Below, in pieces: positions 1 through 9,192 of a stretch of DNA of 28,886 bases. The translations under genes and the position numbers were made by a program. Position 1 is the first letter of the stretch; the number at the start of each line of letters is the position of its first letter. Below the pieces are notes generated by a model. That model did no database searches and was not told the origin of the DNA. It saw nothing but the letters and a program-made list of their open reading frames with translations. Source of the stretch: Sulfuricurvum sp. GTDB lineage: Bacteria > Campylobacterota > Campylobacteria > Campylobacterales > Sulfurimonadaceae. The DNA lies in contig NZ_JAEMQA010000133.1 of assembly GCF_022759005.1 (NCBI RefSeq), positions 1 through 28,886 of the forward strand. The letters run 5' to 3'.

Positions 1-1299
1 ATAATGACTGGATCAGCTAGCGATGATGCCAAGTTACAGAAACATATCTACTCTAAGCAGACCAAGAAGGACTTAGAGAAGAGAATTAAAGATCCAGAGG
101 ATGAACTAAAACTGGTTATCGTCAGAGATATGTGGCTTACAGGATTTGATGCACCTAGCATGCACACAATGTATATTGACAAACCGATGAAGTCACACAA
201 TCTTATGCAAGCCATAGCCAGAGTTAATCGTGTGTTTAAAGGTAAAAACGGGGGATTAGTCGTTGATTATATTGGTATAGCCAATGAACTCAAAGCCGCT
301 TTGAAAACCTATACTGGAGCTAATGGTAAAGGCAATGGGACAGTCGATGTAGCCGAAGCGTTTGCTGAGATGTTAAAAAGATTGGACATCGTTTCAACTA
401 TGTATCATGGGTTTGATTACTCACAATACAGAACTAAAGCCCATAAGCTACTAGCACCTGCGGCGAATCATATACTAGGAATTGAAGAGGGCAAGAAGCG
501 ATATTATGATGAAGTACTAGCCCTTACGAAAGCGTTTAGCTTATGCGGTACGTTGGATGCAGCAAAAGAACATAAAGAAGAGATAGCCTTCTTTCAAGCG
601 GTTAAAGCAGTGATACAAAAGGTTGGAGTAGTAGCAGGGAAGAAAAAAGATCCCAATGGAGCTATCAAGCAGATTATAGACAATGCACTCATCTCTGAGG
701 GTGTAGAAGATATCTTCTCGCTAGTAGGACTGGAAAAACCAAACATAGGGATACTCTCAGAGGAGTTTTTAGATGATCTTGCCCACATAAAGCATAAGAA
801 CCTAGCCATAGAGCTACTAGAGAAGTTACTTAATGATCAGATCAAAGCTCACAATAGAACCAATGTAGTGCAAGAGAAGAAGTTTAGCGACAGGTTGCAG
901 GCAACACTAGGTAAATATCACAATCGTGCCATAGAGACCGCTAAAGTGATAGAAGAGCTTATTCAGATGGCTAAGGATATAGCGCAAGCAGCTAAGCATG
1001 GTCAAGATCTAGGACTTAACTTCGATGAGTTAGCGTTCTATGATGCACTCGCTGAGAATGAAGCCGCATTGAGAGAGATGGGTGATGAAGTGCTAAAACA
1101 CATTGCCCAAGAGCTTACATCTAAACTAAGAGGTAGTGTCAGTGTAGATTGGCAGAAACGTGAGAGCGTTAGAGCTAAGATGAGAAATATGATTAGGATC
1201 ATACTTAGAAAGTACAAATACCCACCAGACAAACAAGCCCAAGCCCTAGAATTAGTGATGCAGCAAGCTGAAGTTCTGAGTGATGAGTGGACAAAGTAA
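1..1299 (+). CDS. hsdR: Type I restriction enzyme R subunit (HsdR), C-terminal ~432 codons; 5' end lies outside the window
   Basis: The frame is open from base 1 (ORF track 4..1299). It carries helicase C-lobe motifs typical of Hsd[10 protein letters not shown] (motif V) and [10 protein letters not shown] (motif VI), followed by a long helical C-terminal region. A hand count of bases 61-120 gives 22/60 GC, lower than sampled core genes. Confidence 0.85.
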   Translation: MMTGSASDDAKLQKHIYSKQTKKDLEKRIKDPEDELKLVIVRDMWLTGFDAPSMHTMYIDKPMKSHNLMQAIARVNRVFKGKNGGLVVDYIGIANELKAALKTYTGANGKGNGTVDVAEAFAEMLKRLDIVSTMYHGFDYSQYRTKAHKLLAPAANHILGIEEGKKRYYDEVLALTKAFSLCGTLDAAKEHKEEIAFFQAVKAVIQKVGVVAGKKKDPNGAIKQIIDNALISEGVEDIFSLVGLEKPNIGILSEEFLDDLAHIKHKNLAIELLEKLLNDQIKAHNRTNVVQEKKFSDRLQATLGKYHNRAIETAKVIEELIQMAKDIAQAAKHGQDLGLNFDELAFYDALAENEAALREMGDEVLKHIAQELTSKLRGSVSVDWQKRESVRAKMRNMIRIILRKYKYPPDKQAQALELVMQQAEVLSDEWTK

Positions 1300-1638
1300 T
1301 TATATTAGTCTTTTGTAAGGATTATATGAACTGTTTCACAACAGTTGTAACTTTATATCTAGCATTCAGAACCACTGATTTTACATCAATCAAATGAGGA
1401 GAGATATTTTTATTCGTTCTGAGCTCAGTGCATACCTTTGTTTTTTAGAACCACGTTTACCTACAAAGTCCTTAGCGTTCAGGATATGGATCATTTGGAT
1501 GGCAATGACGGGTTGATTGGATAAAAAGTAAATAATTTAGAAGAAAGTATGTCCCAAGGTATGTCCCAGTGAATTCTTAAGCCATTTTAGTGTTTGATTT
1601 TAGTTTAGGAAAGTTCGATGATTACGGTGTTTGTAAGA

Positions 1639-1715
1639 TGGTGGCGGGGGGGGGACTCGAACCCCCGACCTCCGGCTTATGAGACCAGCGCTCTAACCAG
1701 CTGAGCTACCCAGCC
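1639..1715 (-). tRNA. tRNA-Met (anticodon CAU), elongator-like; CCA encoded
   Basis: The reverse complement GGCTGGG-TA-GCTC-AGCTGGTTA-GAGC-G-CTGGT-CTCATAA-GCCGG-AGGTC-GGGGG-TTCGAGT-CCCCC-CCCCGCC-A-CCA folds as a cloverleaf. The G1-C72 pair and the lack of three G-C pairs next to the anticodon loop argue against an initiator. tRNA-Ile2 (lysidine) cannot be excluded by eye. There is one U4/C69 acceptor mismatch beside a 9-nt homopolymer. Confidence 0.85.
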
Positions 1716-1754
1716 ATCTTTAAATGGAAGAGTGGAATTATAGTAATCAATACC

Positions 1755-1787
1755 TTATTAGAAGCTTTAGAAGTACGCTTCTAATAA
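1755..1787. promoter_or_regulatory. Perfect 11-bp inverted repeat TTATTAGAAGC-N11-GCTTCTAATAA between the divergent tRNA-Met and groESL genes
   Basis: Read directly from the sequence. The inner 27 bp (1758-1784) is TTAGAAGCT-N9-CGCTTCTAA. This has the 9-N9-9 geometry and TTAG...CTAA ends of the HrcA CIRCE operator (TTAGCACTC-N9-GAGTGCTAA), but only about 5 of 9 arm positions match. Function is not established. Confidence 0.35.
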
Positions 1788-1823
1788 AAAACATTCACGA
1801 GCTGTAGTAATATATATTATTTT

Positions 1824-1853
1824 ACTCAAAATAGTTGAGTCATTTCGACTAAG
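1824..1853 (+). promoter_or_regulatory. HspR/HAIR-like operator candidate ACTCAA-N5-TTGAGT-N7-ACTAAG just upstream of the groESL -35
   Basis: TTGAGT(1835-1840)-N7-ACTAAG(1848-1853) resembles the HAIR consensus CTTGAGT-N7-ACTCAAG, although the right arm lacks one C. A perfect partner half-site ACTCAA lies at 1824-1829. HspR control of groESL from sites upstream of the core promoter is known in Helicobacter and Campylobacter. Confidence 0.4.
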
Positions 1854-1857
1854 ACTA

Positions 1858-1886
1858 TTGACATATTAGATAAACTCGTGTACAAT
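1858..1886 (+). promoter_or_regulatory. groESL sigma70-type promoter TTGACA-N17-TACAAT
   Basis: TTGACA lies at 1858-1863, followed by an exact 17-nt spacer and TACAAT at 1881-1886. This is about 36 nt upstream of the groES ATG. Confidence 0.75.
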
Positions 1887-1922
1887 CACCCTCGTAAAAA
1901 TCTCAACATAAAAGGAAATGCT

Positions 1923-2183
1923 ATGAACTTTCAACCGCTTGGAAAACGTGTCTTGGTACAACGTCTCGAAGAGGCAACCAAAACCGCATCGGGTATCATT
2001 ATCCCCGACAACGCAAAAGAGAAACCTTCGCAAGGTACCGTTGTTGCCGTAAGCACTGAAGTAGACAACGTTTCTACAGGAGATACCGTCGTATTCGGTA
2101 AATACGCAGGCAACGAACTTACGTTGGATGGCAAAAGCTATTTGGTCATTGCGACCGATGATTTACTCGGAATTATCAAATAA
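1923..2183 (+). CDS. groES: Co-chaperonin GroES (86 aa)
   Basis: The product starts [17 protein letters not shown] and contains [14 protein letters not shown], the GroES mobile-loop region. The ATG at 1923 is preceded by AAAGGAAA. The ORF-track start at 1878 is a GTG inside the promoter spacer and was rejected. Confidence 0.95.
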   Translation: MNFQPLGKRVLVQRLEEATKTASGIIIPDNAKEKPSQGTVVAVSTEVDNVSTGDTVVFGKYAGNELTLDGKSYLVIATDDLLGIIK

Positions 2184-2188
2184 TTTAG

Positions 2189-3835
<1,647 letters not shown>

Positions 3836-3864
3836 GTCTAAGACTTACATCACCTTACAGTACT

Positions 3865-3892
3865 TTCAAAGCTCCTTGAAAGGAGCTTTGAA
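3865..3892 (+). terminator. groESL terminator hairpin candidate (12-bp perfect stem)
   Basis: TTCAAAGCTCCT-tgaa-AGGAGCTTTGAA, 30 nt after the groEL stop. A second palindrome TGTAAGTCT-a-AGACTTACA (3831-3849) spans the stop codon. No clean U-tract follows, so intrinsic termination is uncertain. Confidence 0.5.
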
Positions 3893-4076
3893 ACCTCTTG
3901 CTACACTCTTACTTCCAACAACTTTTACAACCTGTTTACTAATCTACCATTACTTTTGAGCTACTTTTGAGGTTTTTTACCTCTGAGAAGTTGCTTGAAT
4001 GTTGTAAAAAGATAAAGCTCCAAAGTGCCTATTCAAGATCCTTTCGAAGCTGTTTTACAATCGAGTTTGTATGGGA

Positions 4077-5057
4077 TTAGTTTTCTAAATTCGCTTGACG
4101 GTTTTCCCAAATCGAGTGAGCAAACGCAATGGATATAAGTCCGATACCGATTGTGCCGGTAATCGTTTCGCTAATCTCTGTGGTAATTTTCATCAACATA
4201 ATAATCGCCAAAATCCCGATTGCATAGTGAGCACCGTGCTCAAGATAGCGAAAATGGGATAAAACTTTGTGCTCAACGAAATAAAGCGTGATACTTCGCA
4301 CAAACATTGCCCCTACTCCCAAACCGATCATAATGACAAAAATATTACTGCTCAATGCAAACGCTCCGATGACACCGTCAAAACTGAAACTCGCATCCAA
4401 AATTTCCAAATAAACAAATCCAGCGATCCCACTTTTGACCGTATCGGAAGAGAGAAAATAATCGAGCATCCCGAGCAAAGAGTGGAGTAAGACACCGTAC
4501 ATAAACGCCAAAACGATCCCAAAATCCTGCGTAATGTGCCCTAAAGTGATCCCAACCATAATCGCAGTAATCAACTCAATATTCGCAACTCCGGAAAATT
4601 TCTCTACCACGCGGGAACCTTCGACAAACGTCACCCATTTGATATCTCGCTCTTCAAAGAAGAAGTCCAAAAAGACCATCAACAAGAAAGCTCCACCAAA
4701 AGCAAAAATAGTCGTTTCAGTGCTTTTCAAAACTGTTTCGTAGCGCTCAGGATCATTCATCGCTACATGTAGGGTTTCAAATAACCCCATCCCTGTGACA
4801 AGAGATACGATTGCTAGAGGAAATACCAAGCGCATCCCGAACACTGCGATAGGAAGACCGAAAAAGATAAAGCGTTTTTGCCAAATTGGATCCATTGTCT
4901 CCAATACTTTGGCATTAACCACCGCATTATCAAACGAGAGGGAAATTTCAAGAACAATCAGAAGAAAGGTGATGTAGATAGCAGCAACTCCGCCCAAAAA
5001 ATATGCCGCAATCAGACCAAGAGCCATAATCGCAAACGAGCTGTAGAAATAACGCAT
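4077..5057 (-). CDS. DUF475 / TerC-related integral membrane protein (326 aa)
   Basis: Multi-pass hydrophobic protein with the LEISLSFDNAVVNA and FGMRLVFP motifs that I recall as characteristic of the DUF475 branch of the TerC/LysE clan. I chose the ATG at 5057 (MRYFYSS) with AAGGG 8 nt upstream. The ORF-track start at 5120 is a TTG inside a promoter-like region. Confidence 0.65.
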   Translation of the reverse strand: MRYFYSSFAIMALGLIAAYFLGGVAAIYITFLLIVLEISLSFDNAVVNAKVLETMDPIWQKRFIFFGLPIAVFGMRLVFPLAIVSLVTGMGLFETLHVAMNDPERYETVLKSTETTIFAFGGAFLLMVFLDFFFEERDIKWVTFVEGSRVVEKFSGVANIELITAIMVGITLGHITQDFGIVLAFMYGVLLHSLLGMLDYFLSSDTVKSGIAGFVYLEILDASFSFDGVIGAFALSSNIFVIMIGLGVGAMFVRSITLYFVEHKVLSHFRYLEHGAHYAIGILAIIMLMKITTEISETITGTIGIGLISIAFAHSIWENRQANLEN

Positions 5058-5087
5058 TGTTTTGCCCTTGCAAAAAAAAGATACGAA

Positions 5088-5119
5088 ATTATAGCCGATT
5101 AATTCTGACCCTAGGGTCA
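5088..5119 (-). promoter_or_regulatory. Promoter candidate for the DUF475 gene: -10 TATAAT (5093..5088, minus strand) with the 14-bp perfect palindrome TGACCCTAGGGTCA (5106-5119) over the -35 region
   Basis: Read on the minus strand as cTTGACCCTAGGGTCAgaattaatcggcTATAATttcg, followed by about 30 nt to the ATG. The palindrome sits where a repressor would occlude RNA polymerase. Confidence 0.4.
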
Positions 5120-5146
5120 AGCTTTAGTGCCACAGCGGCAAGCGTA

Positions 5147-5170
5147 GCCAAAGGGATGAATTCCTTTGGC
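5147..5170 (-). terminator. Hairpin GCCAAAGG-N8-CCTTTGGC directly after the 2OG-oxygenase stop (end of the long minus-strand operon)
   Basis: Perfect 8-bp GC-containing stem, 9 nt downstream of the stop at 5179. There is no U-tract. Confidence 0.4.
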
Positions 5171-5178
5171 GTTCTCAA

Positions 5179-5877
5179 TTAATGGTGTCCATCATGCCAT
5201 TGAACGAGTGAAAGGCGAAAACCCTCTTTGACCGGAAGTACCTCGTGAGCGAAATAGGGGTTACTCAAAAAAACCACCATATCTCCCGCTTCGGGACGCA
5301 GAGTGATCGTGTTGCCTGACTCGTCGCACAAATAGTTAAAGAGGAGTTCTCCCCCGCTAAAATGATCCGTATCGGTCGGATTAGGGGTGTAGGAGGTAGT
5401 AAAAAGAACGGTGGTTAGTTTACGCTCGGGAGCAACGGTACGATAGCCGATTACATTCCCATCACTGTCACGCAGTTCACTCGCATCATCGGAGTGTTTG
5501 AGATAAAACGATCCACTCTCGTAACCTAGCACCTGTACATCGGTCGCTTTCGACAGTGAGATCGAGAAAAATGCTTCTATCTCGGAACGTACCGCTTCAA
5601 ATCGGTGATTATAGATAGCGCGGTGTTCAGGGCTGAGGGTATGAATATCGGTTTTACGGATAGCGGTATCGAGAGAGTTGCCTCGCAGTTCCGCCGCAAC
5701 AGCCTCTTTGTCGGCCAATGCAGCAGCAGTAATGGCTCGGCATTCACTGGGGCTGAGAACCCCTTCGAGTACCATGTAGGGAAAATCGTGATACGGGTTG
5801 GGAAGTCGCTTGGTCGGAATCTCCCACCCCAAGAGTTCATCACGTGCGTATACAAATGAACTTATTTGATGCATCAC
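5179..5877 (-). CDS. 2-oxoglutarate/Fe(II)-dependent dioxygenase, prolyl-4-hydroxylase / PiuC-YbiX-like (232 aa)
   Basis: HxD...H facial triad with a 2OG-binding Arg at the expected spacing: LKHSDD, FAHEV, then R ten residues after the distal His (GFRLSLVQW). A GGELLF strand is also present. The start overlaps the exbD stop (ATGA). Confidence 0.75.
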   Translation of the reverse strand: MMHQISSFVYARDELLGWEIPTKRLPNPYHDFPYMVLEGVLSPSECRAITAAALADKEAVAAELRGNSLDTAIRKTDIHTLSPEHRAIYNHRFEAVRSEIEAFFSISLSKATDVQVLGYESGSFYLKHSDDASELRDSDGNVIGYRTVAPERKLTTVLFTTSYTPNPTDTDHFSGGELLFNYLCDESGNTITLRPEAGDMVVFLSNPYFAHEVLPVKEGFRLSLVQWHDGHH

Positions 5878-6260
5878 TTTTTATCGGTCACAATGTAAAG
5901 CTGTTCATGCCCCAGACGTTTGAGGACATCCATCACGCCGACGAAGTTTTGAAATGCCGCCTCTTTGTCGCTGTAAAGAACCACCGTCATCTCTTTACCC
6001 CCCGCAACAACACGCCGTTCGAACTCAGCCAACGAGATAGGTGTTTTTTCCTCACCCACCATCAAGGTTCCGTCTTTTTGGATAGTGAGTTTTAATTCTG
6101 TGGATTTATGCTCTGCCGCTGTCCCTTTGGCATCGGGAAGATCTACAGGGATGAGTCCGGTACGGATAAACGTCGCCGTGGTGAGGACCATTACCAACAA
6201 TACCAACATGATATCGATAAAAGGGATAACGTTGATCGTATCAATCCGCTTCATTCTCAT
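5874..6260 (-). CDS. exbD: ExbD/TolR family biopolymer transport protein (128 aa)
   Basis: N-terminal INVIPFIDIMLVLLVMVL transmembrane signature followed by a periplasmic domain. It sits immediately downstream of exbB. Confidence 0.85.
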   Translation of the reverse strand: MRMKRIDTINVIPFIDIMLVLLVMVLTTATFIRTGLIPVDLPDAKGTAAEHKSTELKLTIQKDGTLMVGEEKTPISLAEFERRVVAGGKEMTVVLYSDKEAAFQNFVGVMDVLKRLGHEQLYIVTDKK

Positions 6261-6264
6261 CGCA

Positions 6265-6720
6265 TTATCCTCTATTGTTGTGCGCGTTAATGTCCCAAGT
6301 CGCTAATATCCGTTCCATTTTACGAAGCAAGATATTGTAAAACACGATTGAAGGGATAGCAACCACGAGACCCAAAGCGGTTGCCTTAAGGGCTAATGCA
6401 AGACCTGTCATAATTTTCTTCGGATCAACGGCACCGACATCTCCGAGACTATAAAATGTGATCATAATCCCCAAAACAGTACCCAGAAGCCCAACATACG
6501 GAGCGTTTGAGCCAATAGTAGCAATCGTGCTCACATTGTCTCCCAAATCGAGTTCCAATTCCTCTTTGCTCTTATAATCCTCGATACGAATCGCCCTGTA
6601 GGCCATTAAGCGCTCGATAAAGAGCCACAAAGAGACGATACTCATCATTACCAATACACCGATGATTCCATAATCCACAGCACTATGCGCCATTCCAAGC
6701 CAACTGTTTTCCATTCTCAT
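6265..6720 (-). CDS. exbB: ExbB/TolQ/MotA-family proton channel protein (about 150 aa)
   Basis: Contains the signature GSNAPYVGLLGTVLGIMITF and three predicted TM segments. The start may be the third codon (ATG at 6714), which has better spacing from AAGGA. Either start overlaps the kinase 3' end. Confidence 0.85.
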   Translation of the reverse strand: MRMENSWLGMAHSAVDYGIIGVLVMMSIVSLWLFIERLMAYRAIRIEDYKSKEELELDLGDNVSTIATIGSNAPYVGLLGTVLGIMITFYSLGDVGAVDPKKIMTGLALALKATALGLVVAIPSIVFYNILLRKMERILATWDINAHNNRG

Positions 6721-7549
6721 CCTTTTTTTTAAATTCTAATGTGACACATGTCCCCACATCTACTTTTGAGGAGATATGTAATCCGATCCTGTAGCGATCA
6801 CAATAGCGTTTGACGAGGTTCAGTCCTATTCCGTATCCGGCCATCGTCGAATCGCTTTGATAGTAGCGATCATAAATATGGATCAAGGTGATTTCATCCA
6901 TCCCTATCCCTTGATCAACGATCCTCAGCACATTGTTTTGAAGTGTAATTGTGATTATAGGGTTTTTCGGTGAATATTTGATCCCGTTTTCAATCAAATT
7001 ATCGATCACTTTCCCCAGTCCGATCCGATCACCGTACACTTCGCAAGATTCGATCTCCACCTGCCAGTCTACCGAGGGGTATAATGAACACAAAAAACGG
7101 ATTCTATCCTCAATCACTTCACGCAGGTCAAAATGCTCGATATTCTCCCGTTCACTCTGTTTTTTGATCATATAATCCAATTCGTTATAGCGCTCTTTTA
7201 ACATCTCGGATGCTACTTCAATCCGCTCCAGCCGCTTCAAGCTTTTCTCGTCCGTATGGGTTTTTCGAAGCATCTGAACATTGGCGGTAATCGTATTGAT
7301 CGGAAGGTTCAGCTCATGCAGTGTCTCTTTCGAAAACTGTTCGAGGTGGTAAAAGTGCTCGCGCAGAGGAGTAATCGCAATCCGCGCCAAAATCCCTCCG
7401 ACAAAAAGTGTGATAATCAACGATACAAACGCAATCACACCCCATTGTTGGACACCGATTACATCATGAACATAATAAATTCCGGCGATTAAAACGGCTG
7501 TTGTCATTACATACAGCGATGCCAACGCAATCTCAACGTTACGAAACAA
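6683..7549 (-). CDS. Sensor histidine kinase (HisKA + HATPase_c) with two TM helices and no recognisable sensor domain (288 aa)
   Basis: The H-box is LHELNLPINTITANVQML, the N-box is DNLIENGIKYS, and the G-boxes are DQGIGM and GYGIGL. The two N-terminal TM helices are joined by about 10 residues (VHDVIGVQQWG). Confidence 0.85.
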   Translation of the reverse strand: MFRNVEIALASLYVMTTAVLIAGIYYVHDVIGVQQWGVIAFVSLIITLFVGGILARIAITPLREHFYHLEQFSKETLHELNLPINTITANVQMLRKTHTDEKSLKRLERIEVASEMLKERYNELDYMIKKQSERENIEHFDLREVIEDRIRFLCSLYPSVDWQVEIESCEVYGDRIGLGKVIDNLIENGIKYSPKNPIITITLQNNVLRIVDQGIGMDEITLIHIYDRYYQSDSTMAGYGIGLNLVKRYCDRYRIGLHISSKVDVGTCVTLEFKKKDENGKQLAWNGA

Positions 7550-8201
7550 GGCGATATCCCACTCCGCGAATATTCACAATTAGATCGCTTCCGACCTCTT
7601 GTTTGAGACGATTGATATAGACCCGTATCGCCCCGTCGCTAATCATTTCAGAGGGGCTCCACAACGCATCCATAATCATCTCTTTGGTCACGATTTCTCC
7701 CGCATTATGGATCAAAAGAGCCATCAACTGATACTCTTTGAGTGACAACGTAAGTTCCTTCCCACCCATTAAAATACATTTATGAAGTTCATCAATGCAC
7801 AGATCCCCTACGCAATGACGATTTTTCCCTTTCGTTCGGCGCAATAGAGCATGAATACGAACCAAAAGTTCATCGGTATTAAACGGCTTTTTGAGATAAT
7901 CGTCCGCGCCGATTTCAAACGCTTCGGAGAGTTTTTCGATCTCTTGATGGGAGGTTAAGTAGATGGTGGGAGTCAGATCATTCGCCCTGCGAAGCTCTTT
8001 AAGCAGTGATAATCCATCGATCAGAGGGACGTTGATATCAAGCAAATAAAGATCAAAGTGGTTTTTATAGGTCTCATCCAGTGCAGATTGTCCATTTCGG
8101 CAGAGCACGACCTCGAACCCCTCCTCTTCCAAAACATCGGTAATCGATTCGCCAAAAAGCAAATCATCCTCCAATAACAGGATTTTATTCGACACGCTCA
8201 A
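7539..8201 (-). CDS. OmpR/PhoB-family response regulator (220 aa)
   Basis: Receiver domain (LLLEDD, YLLDINVP, KPF) followed by a winged-helix output domain (LTLSLKEYQLMALL, IRGVGYRL). Confidence 0.9.
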   Translation of the reverse strand: MSVSNKILLLEDDLLFGESITDVLEEEGFEVVLCRNGQSALDETYKNHFDLYLLDINVPLIDGLSLLKELRRANDLTPTIYLTSHQEIEKLSEAFEIGADDYLKKPFNTDELLVRIHALLRRTKGKNRHCVGDLCIDELHKCILMGGKELTLSLKEYQLMALLIHNAGEIVTKEMIMDALWSPSEMISDGAIRVYINRLKQEVGSDLIVNIRGVGYRLVS

Positions 8202-9192
8202 TCGACCATTTCAGAGTTTCCCCGGCTCTCATCGGCACAACACTGCCGTAGATTTCGGGAACGATAAAATCGTGTTTAACCAACGTTACCTCTTTGTATT
8301 CGGCACAAATCCCGTAGATACGCTGGGCATTATCGCTCACAAACGCTTGGAGATTATCCAATTTATCGTGAGCATCGAACACTTCACACAGCAACTGTAA
8401 TGCGATCGGTGCAGTGAAGACCCCTGCCCCGCATCCGCATGACTCTTTGGTGTGTTTCGGATGCGGTGCGGAGTCTGAACCGAACATCACCTTCGGATGA
8501 GCTTCGAGGGCGACTTTCAAAAGTGCCGCGCGATCTTCCGGACGTTTTGCAATCGGTTTACAAAACAGATGGGGGCGAAGCATTCCACCCGCCACATCAT
8601 CGAGGGTAATGATGAGATGGTGTACCGTAATGGTGGCATAGAGATTTTCATAACGATCCAGCATCGCTACCGCATCGGCGGTAGTGATATGCTCCATCAC
8701 GATTTTGAGTTTCGGAAAGTTGGAAGCGAGCATCTCATACACGCTCATAAATTCTGCTTCTCGATCCATGACGAATCCGTTTGTCTCGCCATGCACCGAA
8801 AGAACAATACCTAGATCACTCATTGCGCCGAGGGTTTCACGCATCGCTTCAATATCGAAACTCGCCACCCCCCCCTCAGAGTTGGTTGTCACACCGCTCG
8901 GATAGAGTTTGATTGCCGTGACATGATCTTGTACACTTTCCAAAAATTCACGGCTGTAATTTTGGTAAAAGAGGGTCATATACGGTTCAAAATCATCCCG
9001 TCCAATCGCGTGTTTGATCCGTTTTTTATACTCTTTGAGTGCTTCGAGCGTCGTTACCGGAGGAACAAGGTTCGGCATCACCAGCGCACCGCTAAAACTG
9101 TACGAGGTGAGCGGTGCTACCGTCTCCAACATCTCACCCTCACGAAGGTGCAGGTGCATATCCAGCGGCATCGTTAGCGTGATCGTTTTCAT
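8185..9192 (-). CDS. pyrC: Dihydroorotase, E. coli PyrC type (335 aa)
   Basis: Motifs DMHLHLREG, MPNLVPPVTT, KLYPSGVTTNS, GSDSAPH and CGCGAG closely parallel E. coli PyrC. Confidence 0.9.
   Translation of the reverse strand: MKTITLTMPLDMHLHLREGEMLETVAPLTSYSFSGALVMPNLVPPVTTLEALKEYKKRIKHAIGRDDFEPYMTLFYQNYSREFLESVQDHVTAIKLYPSGVTTNSEGGVASFDIEAMRETLGAMSDLGIVLSVHGETNGFVMDREAEFMSVYEMLASNFPKLKIVMEHITTADAVAMLDRYENLYATITVHHLIITLDDVAGGMLRPHLFCKPIAKRPEDRAALLKVALEAHPKVMFGSDSAPHPKHTKESCGCGAGVFTAPIALQLLCEVFDAHDKLDNLQAFVSDNAQRIYGICAEYKEVTLVKHDFIVPEIYGSVVPMRAGETLKWSIERVE

Noticed and set aside
1390-1494. 34-codon minus-strand ORF (MIHILNAKDFVGKRGSKKQRYALSSERIKISLLI) between hsdR and tRNA-Met; considered as an integrase or island-gene remnant
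   Set aside because: It has no tyrosine-recombinase C-terminal motifs (R..H..R..Y context) or any other family signature that I can recognise, and no RBS.
1878-1922. N-terminal extensions offered by the ORF track for groES (1878), and likewise for asd (19274), yqhA (20311), the radical SAM gene (21871), pmm (10580) and the DUF475 gene (5120)
   Set aside because: Each extension starts at GTG, TTG or an upstream ATG without an RBS. Each adds residues that do not match the family N-terminus, and several overlap promoter elements or the upstream gene. Internal ATGs with good SD sequences fit better.
3893-4076. Recurring TTTTACAA(C/T) words, the tandem (C/T)TACTTTTGAG repeat, and the weak hairpins GAGGT-ttttt-ACCTC and CTTGAAT-N30-ATTCAAG between the convergent groEL and DUF475 genes; considered as an sRNA or repeat element
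   Set aside because: The words are short and AT-rich, and stems are 7 bp or shorter with long loops. The pattern is compatible with ordinary convergent-terminator DNA, and I cannot support a discrete feature.
5058-5105. Possible yybP-ykoY (Mn) riboswitch ahead of the TerC-related gene
   Set aside because: The distance from the predicted -10 to the ATG is only about 30 nt, far too short for that riboswitch, and no four-way-junction-like pairing is visible.
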